From NCBI RefSeq assembly GCF_002075285.3, contig NZ_CP021983.2:150001-182000 (forward strand): a stretch of 32,000 bases of DNA. Reading direction: 5' to 3'. The notes beneath the pieces were generated by a model that had not been told where the DNA came from, did no database searches, and saw only the letters and a program-made list of their open reading frames with translations. Positions 24,500 to 32,000 of the stretch are shown piece after piece (the first letter of the stretch is position 1; each line of letters begins with the position of its first letter). Source of the stretch: Halomicronema hongdechloris C2206. GTDB lineage: Bacteria > Cyanobacteriota > Cyanobacteriia > Phormidesmidales > Phormidesmidaceae. A program made the translations under genes and the position numbers.

Positions 24500-26701
24500 T
24501 TAGAAATCGACCCGGGAAACCGCTGGAGCTTCATCCGAGTCCCGATCAACCATGAGATCTTCCGCTACGGTGTCGGCAGTCACAGGCTCCACATTAGTTG
24601 CCGCCGACACCGACACCGGAGCATCGTTAATCACAGCCCCAAGCAGGCTGAAGTCTTCCGTTTCCTCCAGCTGATCTAACGCTGTATTTAAGATCGCCTT
24701 CTCCGTCTTACCGGGGCGAGTCACCAGCACCATGCCATCCGTCTGCACTTCTAGCAGCATGGCGTCATTGCTATGGCTTAAGGCAGGGGCGTCTAATATC
24801 ACCATGTCGAAGCGTCCATAGGCATCTTTCAGAAACCGCTGCATCTCACTAGATTCAATGATGGCCGCCGAGTGCTGCTGGGGTCCTGGAGATGGGCTAA
24901 TGTAGAGGTTTTCCACTTGGGGCACCATGCGTATGCATTCACCCACATGGCCGCTGTAGTAGCGCAGGGGCTCAACATTGGCTTGGGAGTCTGGGGTAAT
25001 TCCCAAGTGATGGGCCGCCGAGGCATTTCTCAGATCAGCCTCCACAATCAAGGTACGGCGACCGGCCCGAGCCGAGGCAATTCCCAGATTAAAGGCCGTC
25101 ACCGTCTTGCCTTCTTTATCTTGGGCACTGGCGATTAGAATCATGCGGGGGCTACTGCCGGCTTCATCACTTACTAGCCTGAGGTTGCTGCGCAGGCGCT
25201 CATAGGCTTCCCCATAGGATGACTCGGGCTGCAGCAGGAACGGAACCTGGCGGGGAGAGCGCAGCTTGATCGCTGGAATCATCCCCAGCGTGGGCACCTC
25301 TCGATCCCGTAAAATGCCCTGCAGGTCTTCCACAGTGCGAATAGTGCTGTCCAGCACATCTAGCAAGAACACGATGGCACCGCCAACCACGACTCCCAAG
25401 AGACCACCGATGGCCAAAATAGCGATAGGATTATTCAGCTCCTGTTCCTGCAGGGTAGCTTGGGGGGGTTCGGCGATGGAGAGACTGCTGACCGTTTCGG
25501 CCTCAGCAGCTTGGGCATCGATACGCTTGGCTTGAATTTGGTCATACAGGGCCTGCTTCAAGGCCACCTGCTGGGCCAAACGCTGTCGTTCCAGCTGTTT
25601 ATTAGGCAGGCTGGCATACTGCTGCCGCAGCTGTTCCTCAGACTGCTGCAGCACCTCTTGTTGCTGCAGCAGCGTGTCTCGTTGGGTGCTGAGGGCCACC
25701 AGTTGATTCGCCAAGGCAGCCCGGGCTGGATCGAGATTACTAGTGACGCGGATCTGGTTGCTGGCTGGCAAAGCCGCTGTCTGCCCACCTCCTTGGATCA
25801 CCTCTTGGGCCCGTTGATTCAAGAGATTGGTGAAGCCCTGTAAATTTTGTCTAAGCTCGATAATTCTAGGATGGGTAGGTTTCAGGGTAGCCGACAGGAG
25901 CCGCAGTTCGGTTTCAGTCTGGTGGATCTGGGTCCGCAGGTTGGCAATGATAGGGTCAGCACTCAGGGCAGAGGAGGCGTAGGCTTCATCGGGAGTCATG
26001 CCCAGCCGTTGCATCAAGCTCAGCATCTGGGCCTCAATGCCGGCTAGGGTAATCACATTCTGTCGGCGCTGTTGCTGACTGCCCGAAATCGCCCCCAGTA
26101 GACTACCGTCCACCGCCGCTTGAATGGCGGGTCCTTCGATGCGATCGTAGGCCTCTAGGGCCTGTTCAGCTCGACGCAACTCCGCTTCAATCTCCGGGAG
26201 ACGCTCATTTAGGGCTTCGATAATAGCTCGCAATCGGGCTCGGTTCGTCACCCGACTCAGCTCTACCATGCCCTCAAACAGCAGACTGAGGGCTGTCTCA
26301 GCCACCTCGGCATCGCCCCAGATAAAGCTGACTTCTACCCGTTGAGCTTCACCATCTTCACCCTCCACTTCAACCGTGGCATTGTTGCGAATCTCTCTAG
26401 GATCTAGCTCAATGCCTTGATTGGCCAGCTCTTGGGAGACTTGTTGCAATAGCACATCCGCCAGTAAAAACTCCGGCGTAATGATGCCTTGGCCTCGTTG
26501 CTGAACTTCGGTGCCGGTGGCGGTAAAGGCCACTAAAGGAGCATTTTGCACCAGGCTACCCGATGCTTCGTATTGCGGTGGTGGCGGTGGCTTCAGAGCC
26601 ACCACTGCTGAAACCCCAAAGACGCCCAGAAAACCAATGAGCCCTGGCCATTTATAACGGTTGAGGGCGAGTAAATACCGTTTGAGGATAGGGGGTGCCA
26701 C
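24500..26701 (-). CDS. Wzc/GumC-type polysaccharide co-polymerase with C-terminal BY-kinase-like P-loop domain (no Tyr-rich tail)
   Basis: 733 aa with an N-terminal TM, a long coiled-coil periplasmic region and a second TM (AILAIGGLLGVVVGGAIVFLL). The P-loop domain has ...LIASAQDKEGKTVTAFNLG (Walker A), ...TLIVEADLR (A') and ...MVILDAPAL (B). Confidence 0.85.
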   Translation of the reverse strand: MAPPILKRYLLALNRYKWPGLIGFLGVFGVSAVVALKPPPPPQYEASGSLVQNAPLVAFTATGTEVQQRGQGIITPEFLLADVLLQQVSQELANQGIELDPREIRNNATVEVEGEDGEAQRVEVSFIWGDAEVAETALSLLFEGMVELSRVTNRARLRAIIEALNERLPEIEAELRRAEQALEAYDRIEGPAIQAAVDGSLLGAISGSQQQRRQNVITLAGIEAQMLSLMQRLGMTPDEAYASSALSADPIIANLRTQIHQTETELRLLSATLKPTHPRIIELRQNLQGFTNLLNQRAQEVIQGGGQTAALPASNQIRVTSNLDPARAALANQLVALSTQRDTLLQQQEVLQQSEEQLRQQYASLPNKQLERQRLAQQVALKQALYDQIQAKRIDAQAAEAETVSSLSIAEPPQATLQEQELNNPIAILAIGGLLGVVVGGAIVFLLDVLDSTIRTVEDLQGILRDREVPTLGMIPAIKLRSPRQVPFLLQPESSYGEAYERLRSNLRLVSDEAGSSPRMILIASAQDKEGKTVTAFNLGIASARAGRRTLIVEADLRNASAAHHLGITPDSQANVEPLRYYSGHVGECIRMVPQVENLYISPSPGPQQHSAAIIESSEMQRFLKDAYGRFDMVILDAPALSHSNDAMLLEVQTDGMVLVTRPGKTEKAILNTALDQLEETEDFSLLGAVINDAPVSVSAATNVEPVTADTVAEDLMVDRDSDEAPAVSRVDF

Positions 26702-26935
26702 GACAATACAGCCTCTCTACAAAACCTCCTCAGCCAGCCAATATCTTAACCTCTGCTGGCATCTAGCCCAGAAGACTGGCCCCTTGGAGCGCAAGCTTGC
26801 TCTCGGGCGGTGCCAGTGTGGGCTAGCAATGTCTACCCCAATATGAGGTTATGGTACTAAATCCTAAGGGCCTCGGTCATATCTACATCTCGTTCATACA
26901 TACTGATTCATCTAAAACCATTTATCTAAAACCAT

Positions 26936-28291
26936 CTAATTGTCTCCTGGTCCGAACAAGTTATCTGCCGAGTCTGCCAGTGAGTCAAAGAACAGCAGGA
27001 AGCCCAGAACATCCCTAAAGGGTTGGGTAAAGGTGCCCAGAGCATTGGTGATACGAGCGATCAGGTTACGCTCGACGATGATGACATCGTTATTCTGCAG
27101 GGGCACATTCTGAGAGATTTCTCCCCGTAAAGCAGCTTTGGCATCTAAGAGGTTGGTGACCGCTTGCCCCTGTTCTGGATCAAACCGGACCAAGGCGATT
27201 TCACGCAGATTGGTACGGTCTGGATTAATCGCCAGCCGGGTAACAATGTCGGCAAAGCGACTGCCATTGGGTAGGGTCACGGTAAATAGCCCGCCCTGGT
27301 TACCCCGCGCTCCCTGAGCATAGTTAAGCACCCGAATATCGATGTTCGGCTGGGCTAGGGTGGATTGGGCCACTAGGGTGCGATCGTAACCATCCAAGCG
27401 ACCTGGATCAAGACGAGGCACGACTACCACGTCGCCATGCTGTAACCGCACGTCCGGCAGGGGGTCTCCTTCTTTGAGAGGAGTAAACAAGTCCACGACG
27501 GTTTCTACGGTTTCGCCATCCTCTAGGCGGCGCATGACCCGAATCGACCGTAGATCGGCCATGGTAGTAGACCCGCCGGCACTGAGGAGAGCTGCTGTGA
27601 CTTGGGGAGCCTGCAGGGGATAAAATCCAGGACGTACGACTTCTCCAAGGATGGTGACTTCTACCCCTCGTTGGGCTGTTAGCGTCAGGCTAACCTCTGA
27701 GGGAGCCAGGAAAACATACTTGTCATAGATGCCGTAGATTTTGGCCCTCGCCTGCTCTAGGGTAAGTCCCTCCAACGAGACGGCTCCTTCAATGGGAACG
27801 ACGACATTGCCTTGGATATCGAGGGTAGCTTGGAAACTGAGATCGGGAAACCGCTGCACACTGACGAAGAAAGTATCCCCTGGTCCCAGGCGGTAGCTCT
27901 CAAAATCGGGTTCTGCCTCCACTCCAAGGACACGGTCTAAGACTCCGGGGGTGAGTAGAGGCGGCTGGTTCCCCTCAGGAAAAGTTTGCTCCAGGGGCTG
28001 ACTGGGAGGCTCTGGGAGAGAGTCAGGGATTTGAGACTCCGCTGGTGGTGTTTGGGCTTCAGCTCGGGGAGGGAAAATACTATAGCCCCCCACAAGCGCA
28101 CTCGAGAGAAGCATCAGGGAGGTACCAAGGGTAATCGGGCCAGGGGAGGCTAGTCGCATGGTCAACAACAGGGGTAATTCACTGCAGTGATGGGGCTTGC
28201 CGCGCTTAGGAAGCATTATGTTGTCAATGGCTTCCGGCTCAAACACCCTCTGACTCTGAGTCAGCATAGCCTGTAACGGCTCTTGACGCAT
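26936..28291 (-). CDS. Wza-type polysaccharide export protein (Poly_export + SLBB repeats)
   Basis: ...YRLGPGDTFFVSVQRFPDLSFQATLDIQGNVVVPIEGAVSLEGLTLEQARAKI... is the Poly_export motif, followed by several SLBB-like repeats. The signal peptide MRLASPGPITLGTSLMLLSSALVGG begins at internal ATG 28159, which may be the true start. Confidence 0.85.
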   Translation of the reverse strand: MRQEPLQAMLTQSQRVFEPEAIDNIMLPKRGKPHHCSELPLLLTMRLASPGPITLGTSLMLLSSALVGGYSIFPPRAEAQTPPAESQIPDSLPEPPSQPLEQTFPEGNQPPLLTPGVLDRVLGVEAEPDFESYRLGPGDTFFVSVQRFPDLSFQATLDIQGNVVVPIEGAVSLEGLTLEQARAKIYGIYDKYVFLAPSEVSLTLTAQRGVEVTILGEVVRPGFYPLQAPQVTAALLSAGGSTTMADLRSIRVMRRLEDGETVETVVDLFTPLKEGDPLPDVRLQHGDVVVVPRLDPGRLDGYDRTLVAQSTLAQPNIDIRVLNYAQGARGNQGGLFTVTLPNGSRFADIVTRLAINPDRTNLREIALVRFDPEQGQAVTNLLDAKAALRGEISQNVPLQNNDVIIVERNLIARITNALGTFTQPFRDVLGFLLFFDSLADSADNLFGPGDN

Positions 28292-29077
28292 CTAATTGGG
28301 CCAGGTCTTGAAGGTGTCGACCATGAGTTGCTGTTGAATAGCCTGTCCCAGATCCTGGGCTAGGGACTCATAGGGCTGCAGAGTGCCCAGGGGTTTGATG
28401 GGAATGAGCAGGCTAACGGCAACCCAAGGAAGGCGTTGACGGTGTTGCCACTGGGTGTATTGATCGGCCCAAAACCAACCTGCTGGTGAAGCCGACCCAC
28501 CCCTAGGCCAGGCATACCACTGTAGGACGGCAAACGTACGTTGATTGTTCCATCCTCGAGAAAAGCGAGCCTGAACCTGGGCTGCAACCGGTTGCCCAGA
28601 GGACCTTGGTGGCACCGTAAAACTTAAGGAGCGACGGGAATCGACCGTCCAGTTTTGACTCCCCTGCAAATCAACCCACTCTACTGAGGGTTGGTCGGTA
28701 TGCCAGGGTTGAGGGCGCAGTAGCACCAGGACTGTCTCAACGGATTGCTCAGTGGTGGCAATGGCAGATTCAGGTTGCAATTCGTAGAGCACCCAATCTT
28801 GACCGTTGATGGATAGGGGGCGATGCTCGACGGTGGACCATGCCGGGAGGGTAAGACTTCCCTGGCTTAAGGCTTTGAGGTCGTTTAGGACTGAAACGCG
28901 AGGAGAGCTGGCCCAGGGCCATTGACCATTGAGGTAGTGGGGCAGAGCTGCGATCGCAACTAGAGCCGCCAATATCACCACCAGCAAGCCCTTACCCCAG
29001 CGCCGCAGCAATCGACCCGGGAAATAGGCGGAAACCATAGGAGAGTGGGCTCCAGAAGCAGTGGCAGGCTCTGTCAT
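28292..29077 (-). CDS. Cyanoexosortase system-associated protein
   Basis: 261 aa with one N-terminal TM (GLLVVILAALVAIAALPHY), then ...NGQWPWASSP...LPAWSTVEHRPLSINGQDWVLYEL... The start overlaps the exosortase stop (ATGA, 29074-29077). The family was recognised from memory of cyanobacterial annotations. Confidence 0.65.
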   Translation of the reverse strand: MTEPATASGAHSPMVSAYFPGRLLRRWGKGLLVVILAALVAIAALPHYLNGQWPWASSPRVSVLNDLKALSQGSLTLPAWSTVEHRPLSINGQDWVLYELQPESAIATTEQSVETVLVLLRPQPWHTDQPSVEWVDLQGSQNWTVDSRRSLSFTVPPRSSGQPVAAQVQARFSRGWNNQRTFAVLQWYAWPRGGSASPAGWFWADQYTQWQHRQRLPWVAVSLLIPIKPLGTLQPYESLAQDLGQAIQQQLMVDTFKTWPN

Positions 29078-29973
29078 AGCAGGTCTTCATCAGTCATTTG
29101 CAGGGACAGGCTTGGGGGCACATATCGTTGAATCAGCTGCACTATCCCAATCAAGGACAGTAGCATCAGGGCCGAATACAGATCACCGCCCCAGCTTTCA
29201 TGGAGCCAGTGGAACGCCCCCGTTTGGCCAGTGCCGTGAAAGTAGCTGAGTAAGGCATTGCGGACAATATTGCCGACTACACTAATGCCCCCTGTGCCCA
29301 CCAGGAACAGCGTGGTCTGCAGCCACGACCGCCATAGCCCCGTCCAGTAGATCAGCATCAAGGCCACATAGAGGCTGGTAAACAACATCTTGAGGCCGGC
29401 ACAGTGGGGGGCCACTTCCACTTGTTGACCATTGACCAACAGATAAATTTGGTCGACTTGCACATCAATGCCCCCCTGCACCAGCAAAAACCCAGCTACA
29501 GAGGCAATAAACCGCTGTAGGGGCAGGGCGTAGGGCTCAATCAGGTAGGGGGCCTGGGTCGGGGTGGCCAGGGCCACTAACAGCAACACCATTGCTTGCA
29601 ACCGTAAGCCAGCCAGTCCCTTTAGCCCCAGACAGAGGCCTGTCAGCATTAGCGGCAGGGATAGATTAACCCAGTCCGATAGGCCACTCGAGTAACCGGC
29701 GGCTGCCCCCAGCACCAGTATCGGCCCTAAGGGATGACAGCGATCGGGCAACCGGCGCCACTGGCCGCGCTGACCCCAGGCAATGTAGGCCGCAAACGGC
29801 AGGCCCAGCAGCCCATGGCTAAAATACTCGTGCTGGATGCTAATCGATTTATGCAGCCAACCATCTACCCAATGCCACAGGAGTGGCCCATAGAGGAGCC
29901 CCAGTGAAACCACTAGGGTCAGCTCCAGGGGATATCGTCTAGCGGCGATATTGATGAAGCGCTGGTTCAGCAT
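29074..29973 (-). CDS. Cyanoexosortase (exosortase family transpeptidase, A or B type not resolvable by eye)
   Basis: 299 aa and polytopic. ...VEVAPHCAGLKMLF... carries the catalytic Cys and ...GNIVRNALLSYFHG... the conserved Arg/His. Confidence 0.8.
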   Translation of the reverse strand: MLNQRFINIAARRYPLELTLVVSLGLLYGPLLWHWVDGWLHKSISIQHEYFSHGLLGLPFAAYIAWGQRGQWRRLPDRCHPLGPILVLGAAAGYSSGLSDWVNLSLPLMLTGLCLGLKGLAGLRLQAMVLLLVALATPTQAPYLIEPYALPLQRFIASVAGFLLVQGGIDVQVDQIYLLVNGQQVEVAPHCAGLKMLFTSLYVALMLIYWTGLWRSWLQTTLFLVGTGGISVVGNIVRNALLSYFHGTGQTGAFHWLHESWGGDLYSALMLLSLIGIVQLIQRYVPPSLSLQMTDEDLL

Positions 29974-29977
29974 GGTG

Positions 29978-31160
29978 CTAGTGGGCTAGGGAGTTCAAAG
30001 TGGGGAGATTGACTGCCATTTCTAGGGCGACACGCAACCGGTGCACCACCTGCTGCACCTGAGTCTCACTCAGCCCTGGATACATCGGCAGGGACACAAT
30101 TTCTTGACTGAGTCGCTCGGCTTGGGGAAAGTCTCCCAGATCATAGCCCAAGTCCTGAAAAGCAGGTTGCAGGTGACAGGGAATGGGATAGTGGATCCCT
30201 GTCTGAATGCCGGCGGCAGCCAAAGCCTGCTGTAGGGTGTCACGGTCTAGGGGACAGGCTGCAGTCACCCGCACCACATAGAGGTGGTAAACATGGCCCG
30301 GGCCACTCTGATTCCGCAGGGGATGGATGCCATATTCTGCCAAAGGTTGCAGAGAATAGTCATAGCGGCTGGCCATTTGATTGCGGGCTTGATTCCATTG
30401 CTCCAGATGGGGCAGCTTTAGGGCCAATACAGCCGCCTGCAGGGTATCGAGGCGGCTGTTGGTGCCTGTGGCCTCGGTGTGATAGTACTTATGGGCCGCT
30501 CCATAGTTACGCAGCGATCGCAACTTCTGGGCAATGGCATCGGTGTTGGTCAAGACCATGCCGCCGTCTCCTAACGCCCCCAAATTTTTACTGGGGTAGA
30601 AGCTAAAGGCGGCAGCGACTCCGACGGCCCCAGCCCGATACCCCTGGCGCTGGGCCAGATGGGCTTGGGCGGCATCTTCGAAGATGAGCAGATCGTGCTG
30701 GCTAGCAAACCGCTGCAGGGCATCTGGGGCCACCATCTGACCGTAGAGATGAACGGGCACAATCGCCCGAGTGCGAGCGCTGATGGCTGCTGCCGCCGCC
30801 GCCAAGTCGATCAAGGCAGTGTCACCATCACAATCCACCAGAACCGGGGTGGCTCCTGCCCGCAATACTCCAATTAGCGTCGCCACAAAGGTATTGGCTG
30901 GCAGCAACACCTCGTCGCCGGGGCCGATGCCACAGGCGCGTAGCCCCAATGCGATCGCATCGGTGCCCGAGGCTACCCCCCCCATGGGCCACCCCAGCAG
31001 CCTGGGCAAAGGCCTGTTCAAACTGGGCCACGGCCCCGCCCAAGACAAAATCTCCCCGCGCCAAAATGGCTGCCACCGCGGCCAGGATATCTGATTGCAG
31101 CGGCTGATGTTGCAGTCGTAAATCGACAAAGGGAACTCCCGTAGCAACCGAATCTGTCAT
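29978..31160 (-). CDS. DegT/DnrJ/EryC1/StrS-family PLP aminotransferase, frameshifted as assembled in a C8/G8 tract (30976-30983)
   Basis: The N-terminus MTDSVATGVPFVDLRLQHQPLQSDILAAVAAILARGDFVLGGAVAQFEQAFAQAAGVAHG is in one frame (ATG 31160). The rest, GVASGTDAIALGLRACGIGPGDEVLLPANTFVAT...FYPSKNLGALGDGG..., is in the track ORF 29978..31147. Total length is 1183 nt (3n+1), so one base fewer in the tract restores a 393-aa protein. Confidence 0.85.
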
Positions 31161-31392
31161 AGAGTTAAGCGTTAATAACAACCTAGGCTCACCCGAGCCA
31201 TCGTCCAGGCCTGATCGCCGATGACATACCAACAAATCCCTCCCCCATTGGAAGAGATTTCGGCCCCCTTGCCTACCGAAAAATCGTAAAGTCTCTGTTA
31301 AAACTGGAGAGAGAATGACCAAGGGGGGCTCTCCCCTGGTCGCTAGGGTCCCTCAGAGCCTACTTATCCATCACCCGTTACGCCATAACGTC

Positions 31393-31761
31393 ATGGACTT
31401 TGAAACGGCCCGGCAGGTCTTACTGCAGCAAACCATCGCTCCGGCAGCAGACAAAACCACGACCTTTATCCATTGCCTGCAGCAACAACAGCCCCCAGTG
31501 CCAGGCCAAGTCACGTCCCTGTTGCTGGCCCTGAAGGTGTTGCGCTCGGGTTTGCAGGGAGAACCCACCCTCGGCCGGGACCTGGCCTATGCCCTCTTCC
31601 TGGTGGCCTACGAAAGCCGCCGTCTCTATGAAGCAGGGCGTCAGGCCGGGTGGAATGGCCTCCCCTCTTGGATGAAGATCTGCAGCGGATTGGGGCTGCT
31701 GCTAAAGCAATTTTGGCCGATGGCATCGCCTCAAACTAACCGCCCCCTCGGTCTCCACTAG
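31393..31761 (+). CDS. Hypothetical protein; alternative C-terminus in another frame ends at 31739
   Basis: MDFETARQVLLQQ...LAYALFLVAYESRRLYEAGRQAGW... After about 31650 a shifted frame reads WPPLLDEDLQRIGAAAKAILADGIASN*, which looks more protein-like than the in-frame tail. Family not recognised. Confidence 0.4.
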   Translation: MDFETARQVLLQQTIAPAADKTTTFIHCLQQQQPPVPGQVTSLLLALKVLRSGLQGEPTLGRDLAYALFLVAYESRRLYEAGRQAGWNGLPSWMKICSGLGLLLKQFWPMASPQTNRPLGLH

Positions 31762-31853
31762 TCAGCTGAGTTAGCGCCTTAGTTCGGGAAACCATACTCA
31801 ACACCGTCCTTCCAGCAGATTCGATATTAGGGCGAATCGATAATCGATATTAG

Positions 31854-32000
<147 letters not shown>

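Overview
High-GC cyanobacterial chromosome segment. The evidence is the frequent HIP1 GCGATCGC palindromes, a cyanoexosortase, and DUF4278/DUF433-type small genes. A Leptolyngbya/Nodosilinea-like filamentous organism is only a guess.

Most of the window is housekeeping: tpiA, rimK plus its retropepsin-like partner, typA/bipA, purK, pterin carbinolamine dehydratase, an alpha/beta hydrolase, mgtE, DUF502-nusB-ftsY, a cell-wall amidase and an orphan ParA-like ATPase. From 24.5 to 31.2 kb, all on the reverse strand, lies an exopolysaccharide export / PEP-CTERM sorting operon: DegT aminotransferase, cyanoexosortase, exosortase-associated protein, Wza-like and Wzc-like genes.

The accessory part is 8.8-15.5 kb. 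It starts with a ~3.7 kb graveyard of toxin-antitoxin modules, with about ten decayed genes or fragments and four apparently intact small ORFs. It is followed by an eroded conflict/immunity locus: a frameshifted small GTPase, a start-less NACHT-type NTPase fragment cut at its P-loop, and an intact TIR-domain protein with a C-terminal helical adaptor-like module. A truncated homocysteine methyltransferase closes the region.

I recognised no rRNA, tRNA, CRISPR array, transposase or integrase.

Non-genic signals:
- seven exactly 21-nt-phased CACC-N5-GGTG units upstream of tpiA
- 35-nt direct repeats bracketing the intact DUF433/PIN pair
- roughly 8-fold local HIP1 enrichment
- a C8/G8 tract that frameshifts the DegT gene

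At least seven further single-base frame breaks occur, so assembly indel error must be excluded before any pseudogene call is trusted.

I do not see an intact, clearly novel multi-gene system. The best candidate for something undescribed is the TIR-adaptor / NACHT / GTPase locus. All family assignments come from motif recognition by eye, not from searches.
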